Source: Mobula birostris (taxonomy: Eukaryota). Taken from it: DNA of 64,000 nt. Numbering within the stretch: position 1 is the first letter of the stretch; each line of letters starts with the position of its first letter. The translations under genes were made by a program, and so were the position numbers. The notes below the pieces were generated by a model. The model did no database searches. It saw only the letters and a program-made list of their open reading frames with translations, and had not been told where the DNA came from. The stretch is from assembly GCF_030028105.1 (NCBI RefSeq), contig NC_092377.1, forward strand, positions 14,318,782-14,382,781, written 5' to 3'. Positions 36,106 through 49,745 of the stretch are shown one piece after another.

Positions 36106-38761
36106 TCAGCAAGCCTTCTGAGTCACCTTATCCGGCTGCCTCAGACATTCCAAAATATCGGCAATGCTCTAAGGGCCCTTCCTGTTCTGTGTCCCTTCTC
36201 CAAGCACATTACCTCACAATTCCCCGGATTACATTCCATTTCCCTTTTTTGAACCTACCAGACCTGTTCAAAGCTTCCTGAAGCCCAGAACTCTATTCCT
36301 CACTCTCCAGCTAATCTTCAAATTTATAAAATAACTTCACAATGGTGACATTCTTTACCATGAATAGATTTTTGTAAAGCGAAGGCAGTTAAAATTTATA
36401 GGAGCCCTATGTGCAAATGGCGTTAAGAAGCAGATTGGTCATGTTCTAATCAAATGGAATGTGTTCCCGAGGGTTTACGAGGACCGAAAGTGGTATTGAG
36501 TGATTTGTGGAGGGTTGATGGGTTGTAGAGAGAGGTGATCACAAAGTTATCCTTTTTTAGTTGTCAAAATAATATCTCAGAGACTGCAACCATGGCATGC
36601 ACAGAGGAGACCTCATGGAGACTAGGGAGACTGAACGACACACATAGAGAGATTACAGCCCAGAAACAGGCCCTTTGGCCCATCAAGTCCACTTGGATCA
36701 TCATTTCAAAGTATCAAACTACGTATATGTCATCATCTACAATCCTGAGATTCATTTTCTTGTACACGAACTCAATAAATCTACAGAAAAATGACCGTAA
36801 CAGAATCAGTGAAAGACTGCACAAACTGGGCATTCAGCTATAGTGCAGGAGAAAGCAAACTGTAAATGCAAAAAGAATGAAATAATAATAATAAATAAAT
36901 AAGCAGTAAATATTGAGAATATGAGATGAAGAGGCCTTGAAAGTGAGTCCACAGGTTGTGGGAACATTTCAATGACGGGGCAAGTGAAGTTACCCCCTTT
37001 GGTTCAAGAGCCTGATGGTTGAGAGAGCACGTCCTGTGGTGGGGGTCACTGATGATGGATGCCGCTTTCCTGCAACAACGTTTCACGTAGATGTGCTCAG
37101 TGGTGGGGAGGGATTTACCCATGATGGACTGGGACATACCCACCTCTTTTTGTAGGATTTTTCATCCAAGGGCATTGGTGTTTCCATACCAAGATGTGAT
37201 GCAGCCAGTCAATATCCTCTCTACTACACATCGAGAGAAGTATGTCAAAGTCTCGGATGTCATGCCAATCTCCGCAAACTCCTAAGGAAGTACCCAGTTA
37301 TACTAATCCTGTGTTAACTGTATTTTTAAATTCTTCCTGATATTCCATTGAATTCTCCCAGATTCTGTCACTGACCCAGACGGGGGGCAATTTACAGCAG
37401 AAAGTGAATCTACCACCATGCATGTCTTTGGGATGTGGGAGAAAACCTGAGCACACGGAGACCATGGAAACTCCACACTGACAGCATCGCCGTCAGAATT
37501 GAACACAGGTCTCTGTTGGTGTGAGGGTGAGGCAGTGGGGTGTCACGATAGCGTGGCGGTCGGTGCAATCACTTTGCATCACCGGATCACCGATCGGCGT
37601 TCGATTCCCACCGCTGTCTATAAGGAGTTTGGAAGTTCTCCTTGTGACCACGTGGGTTTCCTCCCACATTTCAAAGAGGCACGTGTTAGGGTGAGTAAGT
37701 TGCGGGCATGCCACGTTGGCATCGATGCATGGCGACACTTACAGGCTACCCCGGCATTATTCGGACTGTGTAAGTCATTGACATAAATGATGCATTTCAC
37801 TGTATGTTTCAGTGTTTTGAAGTACATGTGACAAATAAGATAATCTTTTAATCTAATCCAATTTGCACTAATCCTACACAGATTCTACCATGCAACTGGA
37901 CCACGGGCAATAAATCTACCACCAGTCATGTCCTTGGAGTGTGGGAGGAAACCGTACCAATCTCCACACAGACCACACAGAGGCTGAGATTAAACCAGGA
38001 TCTCTGGTGGTGTGAGGCACTGTGTTACTAGCTCTGCCACTGTGCTGTCCAATGCCTATTCCTCTGAGTATCATTTCTCAGTAGGACTACTGGACAAACA
38101 AAGAGTAGATTGTTAGCTCTACATGTTTCTGAATTTAAGCAAAATATTGAAGTGTTGGTCCACTATTCCACCAGAAAAACCCATCGGTGTGTGGAGCGAG
38201 GCAGGATTGAGCCTCTCTGCTGGAATGTGTGCGGCAGCTCATGTTAGACTCAGTTACTCAGACAGACCGTAAAATTTAATTGCTATTTTAACAGCAGCGC
38301 TGTTGGATTCCAAACAGGGGACTCCCCTCGCATTCCCATGGATAAGTTTAACACATCTCGTAAAACAGTAAGTGAAATAAGCCACAGATGAGGCTACACG
38401 CTAGTGAGCTGTCTTGCAGTCTACCAGGCCCTTCACTGCATTCAAGATGATAATCGAGCTTACGAGCTCGATTTCAACGTTAAAGAGAAGTTTGGATGGG
38501 TACGTGGATGGTAGAGGTATGGAGGGCTGTGGTCCCAGTGCATGTCGGTGGGAATAGGCAGTTTAAATGGTTCGACATAGACTAGTTGGACAGACTAGGA
38601 GCAATTTTTTTCAGAATGCATTGGATGGCAGAGGGGACGAAGCTATTCCTGATTCACTGAGTGTGTGCCTTCCGGCTCCTGTACATCCTTCCTGATGGTA
38701 GCAGTGAGAAGAGGGCATGTCCTGGGTGATGGAGGCCCTTAATGATGAATGCTGCCTTTCT

Positions 38762-39718
38762 GAGGGCATCCACCTATTGAGTTCAAGACCAGCTAGTTCT
38801 CTTTCAATGAATAAGGTTTCTGACATAACTTAATATTTAGTTCCTGGCTGGAAGATTTTTTCTTATTTGTTGTTTTCTAATTTCTTCCCCTGTTTGTCCT
38901 TGATGGTTTCAGCTTCTCTGGAGGGTCACGCACTTCCTGTAAGGATACCTGTGGGACCTCTCTACAGGTTGGGCATAATCCGTAGAAAGAGGAACTTCTA
39001 ACATTTCAAGTTTAGGACCCTTCAACAGAACGTAGATCTCCTTGACGATGTCCTGGATACTGCGGAGGCCAGTGCCCGTGATGGAGCTGACTAAGTTTAT
39101 GACTCTTTGCAGCTTACTTCGATCCTGTGCAGTAGCCCCCCCTCGATACCAGGCGATGATACGGCCAGTTAGACTGCTCTCCACAATACATCTGTAGAAT
39201 GCGAGTGTCTTTGGTGACTTTCCAAATCTTCTCAAACTCCGAATGAAATATAGCCGCTGGCGTGCCTTCTTTGTAGTTGCATCGATGTGTCGGGTCCAGA
39301 TTAGGTCCTCAGAGATATTGACACCATGGAAGCACGGGCTGAGGGGCCTGTTTCTGCTTTTTCCATGCTGGAAGACTGTCGTTTCCATTTTATGTTCAGG
39401 GCCCGTAATAAAAGAGTCTGAAAGGGTTATAAAAAGATCTATTACCTGCTCACACCATGACCAAACCTTCACTGTCGCAGTAAAATATTCATTGCTGGTG
39501 AAATCTAACAGTATCATTGCAACCGGTCAGGGTATCCTTACAGGAAATGTGTGACCCTCCAGAGAAGTCGAAACCTTCAAGGACAAGCAGGGGAAGAAAT
39601 CAGAATGCAAGAAAAACAATCCTTTCTTCCAGCCAGGAACTAAATATTAAATAATGTCAGAAACCTTATTCATTGGAAGAGAATTAGCTGGTCTTGAACT
39701 CGATAGGAGGATGCTCTC
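38762..39718. repeat. ~190-bp inverted repeat pair (arms ~38762-38950 and ~39530-39718)
   Basis: For example gagttcaagaccagcta / tagctggtcttgaactc and cttcctgtaaggatacc / ggtatccttacaggaa. Confidence 0.85.
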
Positions 39719-39854
39719 CTGTGTGTAACTGAAATGGAAAATGAAACTGGTGTTTATTTGGCATCTGGCAGTTCTTCCTTAGCACTTTACAGAGTGGCTA
39801 GTGAAGGAAATGCGGCATGTTTGCAAGTTTTGCAAGCTCCCACAAACAGCAATC

Positions 39855-41283
39855 AAAATCAGAATCAGGTTTATTATCACCGGCATGTGTCGTGAAATTT
39901 GTTAACTTAATAGAAGCAGTTCAATGCAATACATACTATAGGAGAAGGAGAATAATAATAATAATACTTTATACTTTATTGTCACCAAACAATTGATACT
40001 AGAACATACAATCATCACAGCGATATTTGATTCTGCGCTTCCCGCTCCCTGGATTACAAATATTAAATATTAAAAATAGTATAAATTAGTAAATATTTAA
40101 AATGTTAATTATAAATTATAAATAGAAAATAGAAAAATGGAAAGTAAGGTAGTGCAAAAAAACCGAGAGGCAGGTCTGTATATTTGGCGGGTACGGCCCA
40201 GATCCAGGTCAGGATCCGTTCAGCAGTCTTATCACAGTTGGAAAGAAGCTGTTCCCAAATCTGGCCGTACGAGTCTTCAATCTCCTGAACCTTCTCCTGG
40301 AGGGAAAAGGGATGAAAAGTGTGTTGGCTGGGTGGGTTGTGTCCTTGATTATCCTGGCAGCCCTGCTCCGACAGCGTGCGGTGTAAAGTGAGTCCAAGGG
40401 GGAAGATTGGTTTGTGTAACGTGCTACGCCGTGTTCACGATCTTCTGCAGCTTCTTCATAAGTAAATCAATTTATAGTATACGTATATTGAATAGATAAA
40501 ATCATGCAAAAAACAGAAATAATTGTATATTAAAGAAGTGAGGTAGTGTTCACGGGTTCAATGTCCATTTAGGAATCAGGTGGCAGAGGGGAAGAAGTTG
40601 TTCCTAAATCTCTGAGTGTGTGCCTTCAGGCTTCTGTACCTCCTACCTGATGGTAACAGTGAGAAAAGGGCATGCCCTGGGTGCTGGACGTCCTTAGTAA
40701 TGGACGTTGCCTTTCTGAGAAACTGCTCCTTGAAGGTGTTCTGGGTACTTTGTAGGCTCGTACCCAAGATGGAGCCAACTAAATTTATGACCCTCTGCAG
40801 CTTCTTTTGGTCCTGTGCAGTATCCTTCCCATACCAGACTGTGATGCAGCCTGTCAGAATGCTCTCCATGGTACATCTATAAAAGTGTTTGAGTGTATTT
40901 GTTGACATACCAAATCTCTTCAAACTCCTAATGAAGAATAGTCTCTGTCTTGCCTTCTTTATAACTGTATCGATATGTTGGGACCAGGTTAGGTCCTCGG
41001 AGATCTTGACACCCAGGAACCTGAAGCTGCTCACTCTCTCCACCTGATCCCTCTATGAGGATTGGTGTATGTTCCTTTGTCTTACCCTTCCTGAAGTCCA
41101 CAGTCAGCTCTTTTGTCTTACTGACGCTGAGTGCCAGGTTGTTGCTGCAACACCATTCCACTAGTTGGCATATCTCACTCCTGTACACCCTCGTCTCCAT
41201 CTGAGATTCTACCAACGATGGTTGTATCACCAGCAAATTTATACATGATATTTGAGCTATGCCTAGCCACACAGTCATGGGTG

Positions 41284-41314
<31 letters not shown>

Positions 41315-42146
41315 TTGAGCGGTGGGCTAAGCACACACCCCTGGTGCACCAATGTTGATCATCAGCAAGGAGGAGATATTATCACCAATCTGAGCAAATT
41401 GTGGTCTTCTGGTTAGGAAGTCGAGGATCCAATTGCAGAGGGAGGTACAAAGGCCCAGGTTCTGTATCTTCTCAGTGAGGATTGTGGGAATGATGGTATT
41501 AAATGCTGAGCTATAATCGATGATCAGCATCCTGACATAGGTGTTTGTATTGTCCAGGTGGTCTAAGGCAGTGTGAAGAACCATTGAGATTGCATCTCCC
41601 ATCGATTATTGTGGCGATAGGCAAATTGCAATGAGTCCAGGTCCTTGCTGAGGCAGGAGTTCAGTCTAGTCATGACCAACCTCTCAAAGCATTTCATCAC
41701 TGTCGATGTGAGTACTACCGGTCGATAGTCATTAAGGCAGCTCACATTATTCTTCTTAGGCACTGGTTTAATTGTTGCCTTTTGAAGCAAGTGGGAACTT
41801 CCGTCCATAGCAGTGAGAGGTTGAAAATGTCCTTGAATACTCCCACCAGTTGGTAGGCACAAGTTTTCAGAGCCTTACCAGGTTCTTCATCAGGACCTTC
41901 TGCCTTGCGAGGGTTCACTCTCTTTAAAGACAGACTAACATCGACTTCTGAGACAGAAATCTCGGGGTCACCAGGTGTAGCAGGGATCTTCACAGCTGTA
42001 GTTATGTTCTCCCTTTCAAAGCAGGCATAGAAGGCATTGAGTTCATCTGGTAGTGAAGCATTGCTGGCATTCATACTATTGGGTTTTGCTTTGTAGGAAG
42101 TAATGTCTTGCAAACACTTGGCAGAGTTGCCGTGCATCCAATGTGA
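39855..42146 (-). mobile_element. Rex1/Babar LINE, 5'-truncated, with a younger copy nested at ~39965-40457
   Basis: [69 protein letters not shown]. Confidence 0.9.
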
Positions 42147-42321
42147 CTGATGAAGTCATCTGATTTTTTTTAGTCACATTGAAATAAAACAAACACAACT
42201 AAAAACACTCTACAGGTTAGGCAGAATCTGTAGGAAGAGAAATAGTTAACATTCCGTCTGGGACCCTTCAACTGAACTGTTTTTTTTATGACTTATTAGA
42301 GATACTTATTACAGAGAAAAT

Positions 42322-42780
42322 TTATAAGGATGTTGCCAGGTTTGGAGGACCCTGAGTTTTAGAGAAAGAATTAAATAGATTAGGACTGTATGCTTTAGAA
42401 GGTAGAAGATTGAGAGGAGATTTGTTAGAGGTACACAAAATGATGAGGGGTATAGATAGGGTAAATGCAAGCAGGCTTTTTCCTCTGAGGTTGGGTGGAG
42501 CTATACCAGAGGTCATGGATTAAGGGTGAAAAGTGAAAAATTTAAGGAGAACGTGAGGGGAAACTTTTTACTCAGAAGTGTGGAATGAGCTGCCAGCACA
42601 AGTGGTTCATGCGAGCTCGATTTCAAAGTCTAAGAGGAGTTTGGATAGGTACATAGATGGTAGAAGTACAGAGGTCTCTGGTGCCCAGTGGAAGTCAATG
42701 GGAGTAGGCAGTTTAATTGGTTTCGGCATGGACTAGATAGGCCGAAGGGCTTGCTTCTGTGCTGTACTTCTCAATGACTC
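42322..42780 (+). mobile_element. CR1 3' fragment
   Basis: agattgagaggagatttg (RLRGDL), accagaggtcatgga (TRGHG) and a gggccgaaggg-type tail. Confidence 0.75.
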
Positions 42781-44353
42781 TTTACAGCACAGTAATAGGC
42801 CTTTTAGGCCCAATGAGGCTAATTATAGCCATGTGACAGTCAACCTACTAATCAGTACGTCTTTTGAAATGTAGGAGGAAGCGTGGAGAAAACCCACACA
42901 GGAACAGGGAGAATGTACAAACTCCTTACAGACAATGACTGAATTGAACCAGGGTCACGGGCGCTCTGATAGCGTCAAGCTAGCCACTGCGCTAATGGTG
43001 CCGCCCATCGAGGTGACCATGTTGCCGTTTAAAGCACCTGGTCGACAGGATTGGAACCTTCGCAGTGAAGCCCCAGTAGACTTCTGGCCTGTCATCTTAA
43101 CCACTTGGCTTTCATACACACCTTATTCAGATTCAGATTCATTTCATTTATCACATAGACATCAAAGTATACAGTGAAATGTGTCATTTGCAGCCATGAC
43201 CAACACAGCCTTGGGATGTCCTGGGGTCAGTGAGCACAACTGGGACATGACTCTCTCTGTGGTCATTTTTGCCATTGAGTCAATATCTTCTCCTACCATG
43301 CTTCATCGGAGCTGTTATGGTGGGATAAGTATAGCCCAGGACTGCAGGAGTAACTCCCTGTCAGAGTAGTCTCTTGCACCACTGTGGGGTGGGGAGGACC
43401 AGCACCCACTAGAGTGCTGACCAGGACTTGGAACTCACCAGGGCGAGAGACGGTAGTCAGGAATGATGGCCTGATGTAACAGTGTCTGAAAGAGACAAAT
43501 CGAAAGGTTAGAGAATAGCTGTCCAAACAGCAAGATTATTAATGTTTTCTGTGCAAGAGTGTTAATGAGACTCTTAGTCCCCTTAAACAGCAAGCAGCAC
43601 ACTAATGGACCATACCATGGCAGGGATTTCATGTGAGCACGCCTTATGTTAAACACATGTGGCTCAGGGAAATAAATCTCATTTTGTATTGTACAGGGTG
43701 GGACGATTTCACACAGCCGACTGTACAGTAAGGATCCAAGTAATCACATTTATCACGCCTGGATTTAAGATGCACTCCAAGCACATTTCAATTCCTGTGA
43801 GATCCAGGCCCAAGGAAATTCTGTTGACTTATAAGAGAGTATAATAGGCTTTTGTTAGGAATTGAACTCTCTGTACATCATGTGTGATGGAATCAGACGT
43901 CGTCAGGCCCAGTGTAAGTGATCCTCAGGAATGTGTCCTTGTCGGATTAGCCTGCTGGAATCCTGTCAGCCACCCAAACTGTCCAGTGTTGCGACAGGAG
44001 TGGCTGAGTGCAAGGGAAGTGCCCACCCTGGTCCCCGTGACTCGTTCACATCCCCCTCAGCAACTCTCCGCCTTCCAAAATACCTGCACCTGAGTCCTGC
44101 TGTTGTACATCTGTCGTCAGTTGCAAGGGTTTCGGCTGCCATGCCCGGCATCTTGAATTCACACCAGAAACCTCGCCACTTCCTCATCCTTTATAATCTG
44201 CTCTTTCACCAATGTTTCGATCACCTTCATAGTCCTTGACATGTTCCCCCCCCCCCCAGAGATCCCTTTCAATAGTACCTTGCACAATCCAACAGCGACA
44301 CTCACAACACGCTGGAGGAACTCAGCAGGTCAGGCAGCATCTGTGGAAACGAT

Positions 44354-44390
44354 CAGTCAACGTTTCGGGCCGGAACCCCTCATCAGGACC
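44354..44390 (-). ncRNA. Minimal type-I hammerhead ribozyme motif, core intact
   Basis: Minus strand GGUC-CUGAUGA-GGGGUUCCGGCCC-GAAA-C-GUU-GACUG, with palindromic AACGUU at stem III; lies within a Penelope-derived repeat (~44295-44420). Confidence 0.72.
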
Positions 44391-45944
44391 CCAGCATCTA
44401 CAGAGTATTTTGTGTTTACAATCCAATAGCGTATGTTTCAGCCTCAAAAATGCCAGAACTGAAGAATGTCTAATACTAAAATCCGGCTGAAACTGCATTT
44501 AAAACTAAGATGCATAGGAAACATTCCTCCACTAAATGGTTCTGGTGAAATCAAGAGCCATGATGATATTGAGTGACAGGGCAGGTCTGAGAGGACGAGT
44601 GAGCTTCTGCTCGTATTTGAGTGGGGGGGGGGTTGGGGGCTAGGGTGACTCCTAGATTGGATCTGGCTTGGCCAGCCCAACAACATAGAACATTACAGAA
44701 CAGCCTCTAGAACATAGAACATTAAGCACAGTGCAGGCAATTTGACCCACAGTGTTATGCTGACTCCTTGACCTACTCCAAGATCAATTTAACACTTCCT
44801 TCCTATTTTTTCTTTCATCCGTGATGAGCCGATCTCTTAAATGTTCCTAATGAATCTGCTCTACTACCACCCCTGGCAGGGTGTTCCCCCACATCCTGAA
44901 AACAGCCTCCCCTATACTTTCCTCCAATCACCTTAAAGTTACCATATGTGCCCTCATATTAGCCATTTCCACCCTGGGAAAATCCCCTGGCCATCTATGC
45001 CTCTTATTATCTTGTACGCCTCTGTCGTCACCTCTCATCCTCCTTCGCGCCAAAGAGGAAAAAAACCCTATCTTGCTCAACGTACCCTCATAGAACAAGC
45101 TCAGTAATCCAGACAGCATCCCAGTAAATCTCCTCTTTACTCTCTAATTGACCTCAGCATCCTTGGCTGTGGAGCGAGGGCAGGATCTGATCGTTGTCCC
45201 ATGATCCAGTGGGGAATGTCAGCGTTGGGTTGAGGTGTTAGACCAGAGTGGGGATTCTGATAAAGTGGCAACTCCCAACCAGTGTTGGCCATTAGAGAGC
45301 ATCTTCCCCAGAGCAGTGCTTGGGGATCAGTACAAGTGGATACCCCCACCATCTCTGGTGTCCACTCATGGCCAGTAGTTCAGTTAATTTTATTTATTGA
45401 TTGATTGATTGATTGAGATGACAGCACGGAGAAGGCCCTTCCAGCCCTTCAAGCCATGCTGCCCAGCAATCCCCAATTTAATGCTAGCCTAATCATGGTA
45501 CAATTTACAATGACCAATTAACCTACCAACTGGAATGTCTTTGGGAGGAAACAGGAACACCTGGAAGAAACCCACATGGAGAATGTACAAACCCCTTACA
45601 GGCAGCAGCGGGAAATGAACACGGGTCGCTGGTACTGTAAAGTGCTGTGCTAACCAATACGCTACTGTGTTTTGGAACAGGCAAAACTCACCCTCTGTGA
45701 CTCAGTATCAATTCTCGCTTCTCGGTAGAGACGCTACCTCATAGCCCCAGAGTCCTGGGTTCAATCCTTGCCTCGGGCACTACTCGTGTGGAGTTTGCAA
45801 GTTCTCTCTGTGACTGCATGGGTTTCCTCCTGGTGCTCTAGTTTCCTCCCGTGTCCTAAAGACGTGCAGGTAGGGAATTGTAAATTGGCCATAAAGTGTG
45901 GTTGAATCAGGCTATGAGATGATAGCTATAAAATGGATTAGAGT

Positions 45945-46510
45945 TCAGGCCCTCCGTTGGTCAGGGTCAACCATGGATATTGGTTCCCAGCTGTATACGT
46001 GATAAGCAAGCTAGTACTCGAGCCAAGGCAGTACGATACGGAGAGTAGACTGTAGCCCATGCAGCAGGCTCACCTCTCCACACAGCTGACAAATCTAAAG
46101 GAATGGCAGAGACCGATACAGTTTGGCAGCACAGGAGTTGCCAGTCAGCATTGAACTCAGTATAGGACCGTCTCAGGGAATCCAGCTCCCTACTTTTCCT
46201 CGGGGTTTACTCCCAAAGCCTACCCCCTGAGTGGGTACAACCGCAAGACAGCGGAGGTTTGAGATCAGCGTTTTCCTTCTAGATGAGCTACCGACCACAG
46301 TTGATGAGCCCTCGCTGGTTTTAACATGCAGTTGACCCTTCTCCTGTCAGTAGAAACAGTTCCACTGGGTTTAGTAGCTAAGCCACACATGAAGACCAGG
46401 AGCTGGACTTGGTTGTCAGAGGCTATTTGAGATGTACCCCCATTGGTAGCATTGAATAGGTAGTGGGAGCTTATCTCTACTACCTCCCCCATCCAGGACA
46501 ACCTTAAGGA
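45945..46510. mobile_element. Probable RTE-related non-autonomous element / 5' UTR remnant
   Basis: gcccatgcagcagg and ccgcaagacagcggaggtttgagatcagcgttttccttc resemble RTE-associated sequence as I recall it; no ORF. Confidence 0.4.
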
Positions 46511-46714
46511 ACATAAGTAGGATGTGTTAAATATGTGATTGTTGTGGGGCGGAGGGCATCTTCAAGAGGTGCCACCATCCTTTACAAAGGAGCATCAACA
46601 CCAAGGACATGCCATCAGAGTCAGCTTTAATATCACTGACGTACGTTGTGAATTTTGTTATGTGAAAGCAGTACATTGCATACATAATAAGAAAAGACTA
46701 ATTTACAATATATA

Positions 46715-47450
46715 TACTATATATTGTCGCCAAACAATTGGTACTAGAACATACAATCATCACAGCGATATTTGATTCTGTGCTTCACACTCCCTGGATT
46801 ACAAATATTAAATATTAAAAATAGTTAAAATTAGTAAATATTAAAGATTTAAATTATAAATCATAAATAGAAAATAGAAAAATGGGAAGTAAGGTAGTAC
46901 AAAAAAACCGAGAGGCAGGTCCGGATATTTGGAGGGTACGGCCCAGATCCGGGTCAGGATCCGTTCAGCAGTCTTATCACAGTTGGAAAGAAGCTGTTCC
47001 CAAATCTGGCTGTACGAGTCTTCAAGCTCCTGAGCCTTCTCCCGGAGGGAAGAGGGACAAAAGGTGTGTTGGCTGGGTGGGTCGTGTCCTTGATTATCCT
47101 GGCAGCACTGCTCTGACAGCGTGCGGTGTAAAGTGAGTCCAAGGACGGAAGATTGGTTTGTGTGATGTGCTGCGCCGTGTTCACGAACTTCTGCAGCTTC
47201 TTCCGGTCTTGGACAGGACAACTTCCATACCAGGTTGTGATGCACCCTAGAAGAATGCTTTCTACGGTGCATCTATAAAAATTAGTGAGGGTTTTAGGGG
47301 ACAGGCCAAATTTCTTTAGTTTTCTCAGGAAGTAAAGGCGCTGGTGGGCCTTTTTGGCAGTGAACTCTGCTTGGTTGGACCAAGTCAGGTCATTTGTGAT
47401 ATTGACCCTGAGGAACTTAAAGCTTTTGACCTGTTCCACTTACACACCAC
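46715..47450 (-). mobile_element. Young Rex1/Babar LINE 3' end
   Basis: Intact 161-aa ORF 46954-47439 (EQVKSFKFLRVNITNDLTWS...FFPTVIRLLNGS); closely similar to 39965-40457. Confidence 0.9.
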
Positions 47451-49564
47451 ATATATATTTAGTAAGTTAAATTAAGTAAGTCGTGCAAAAATGAAAAAAA
47501 TATAATGAGGTGGTGTTCATGTGTTCAATGTCCGCTCAGAAATCTGATGGCGGTTGGGGGGGTGGTGGAGAAGTTGTTCCTGAATCGTGGGGTGTGTGCC
47601 TTCAGGCTCCTGTACCTCCTCCCCGACGGTAGCAATGAGAAGAGGGCCTGACCTGGGTGAATGGGGGTCCTTAATGATGGATTCCACCTTTTTGAGGCAT
47701 TGCACTTTGAAGACGTCCTGGACGCTGGGAGGGGTTAGGGAGCCTGAAGCCCCGCACTCAATGATTCAGAAACCATCCACCATCAGATTTCTGTACAGTC
47801 CATGAACGCTACAGCATTATTCCTTTTTTGCAATAATTATTTATTTTGTAATGTTTTATGTATTTGTAGTGTACTACTGTTGCAAAAACAGCAAATATCA
47901 CATCATATAAGACAGTGACAATAAATCTAATGTTGATGGTGAGTTTGTACTCAATGGGCTGAAGAGTCTGTTTCTATCTCTCTGTGACTTTGTGATGCTC
48001 CTGTGTCTGGGTCCTGTATAAAATGGATGTTGTGGGATGAAAGACTGGCAGGTCTGCAATGGATGGGGCTGATTGTGGGGAGCCTTCAAAGGCCCAGTGG
48101 GTTAAATATCCTGCTGCTCTTTACTGTGTTGCGGAGACAATTGAAAAGCAAATAAATGTTTATTATTTCCTTCTTCGTCTTCTTCTGTTGAGGTACTTAA
48201 AGCGTTTACAAGTGACATTCCTGACAGCTTCCCTGCAGAGTTTAAGACCAGTCAGGTCCTTAAGTGAGGATAATTTATTTAGTTGGAGAGCTATCCACTT
48301 CTAGCCTGAGGCCCTTGTAAACAAGGGCCTGGGGATCTGTAAAAGTAGCACAGGGCAGTATCAGAATATCAGAAGGAATTTCTTCTCTCAGAAGGTTGGG
48401 AATCTTTGGAATTCTCTGCCCAGAGTGCTGCAGAGGCGGAGTCACTGAATATATTCAAGGTGGAAATTGATAGTTAAACTACAGGGGAGACAAACGATAG
48501 GAAATGATGTTGAGGCCAGGATTGGTTCAGCCCTGATATTATTGAATGGTGGTCCAAACACTTGCTGTTCCAGCAGAATAATTCTGGCTGGATTTCTGTC
48601 ACGTCTCTTAAAATGTCCCAAAGCTCTTCAAAGACAGCAAAATACTTTAGAATCTAATACTGCTTGTATGTCTTAAGATCTTACGGCCTAAAGTTTAGAC
48701 CTTAAGACATAGGAACAGAATTAGGCCATTTGGCCCATCGAGTTTGCTCCGCAATTCCATCATGGCTGACTCATTACTCCTCTCAACCTAATTTTCCTAC
48801 CTTCCCCCTGTAACTTTTGATGCCCTTACTAATCGTGAACGTCTGCTTTAAATATACCCAAGGCTCACGGGGTGGTAGGCAAGACACGAGGAATTTTCAC
48901 TGTTGAGTACCTCTAGTACCGGGAGAGTACAGCGCTGTCCGAGGTGCTGCTCCTGGGAATGGGCATTAAAACCAAGCCCCAGGTACAACACCATTCGAGG
49001 AACGGCAGGGAAGGTCTCCAAAATGAGCAAAATTCCACCCTTCATTAGATGTTACAGACAGCCCATGTTGATGGTGAGAGGGAAGAGAGGAGAAACTTAA
49101 TAGGAGAATGAGGAGCAACTTTTGCATGCAGAGAGTGGTCAGTATGAAATGAACTATATAACCATATAACAATTACAGCACGGAAACAGGCCTTCTCGGC
49201 CCTTCTAGTCCGTGCCGAACTCTTACTGTTACCTAGTCCCCCCGACCTGCACTCAGCCCATAACCCTCCATTCCTTTCCTGTCCATATAACTATCCAATT
49301 TAACTTTAAACAACAACATCAAACCTGCCTCAACCACTTCTGCTGGAAGCTCGTTCCACACAGCTACCACTCTCTGAGTAAAGCAGTTCCCCCTCATGTT
49401 ACCCCTAAACTTTTGTCCTTTAACTCTCAACTCATGTCCTCTTGTTTGAATCTTCCCCACTCTCAATGGAAAAAGCCTATCCACGTCAACTCTGTCAATC
49501 CCCCTCATAATTTTAACTACCAGAGGAATTGGTTGAGGCAAGGACATTAACATTTAAGAGGTAG

Positions 49565-49745
49565 CACAAACACAAGAAAATCAGCAGATGCTGGAAATTC
49601 AAGCAACACACACGCACACACACACAAAATGCTGGAGAAACTCAGCAGGTCAGGCAGCACCAATGGAAATGAATAAACAGTCAGCGTTTCAGGCCGAGGC
49701 TCTTCATCAGGACTGGAAAGGAAGAGGTCAGATGCCAGAATGAAA
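49565..49745 (-). mobile_element. Penelope-derived repeat with hammerhead motif (cleavage triplet mutated to GCU)
   Basis: Minus strand CAGUC-CUGAUGA-AGAGCCUCGGCCU-GAAA-C-GCU-GACUG at 49678-49715. Confidence 0.6.
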
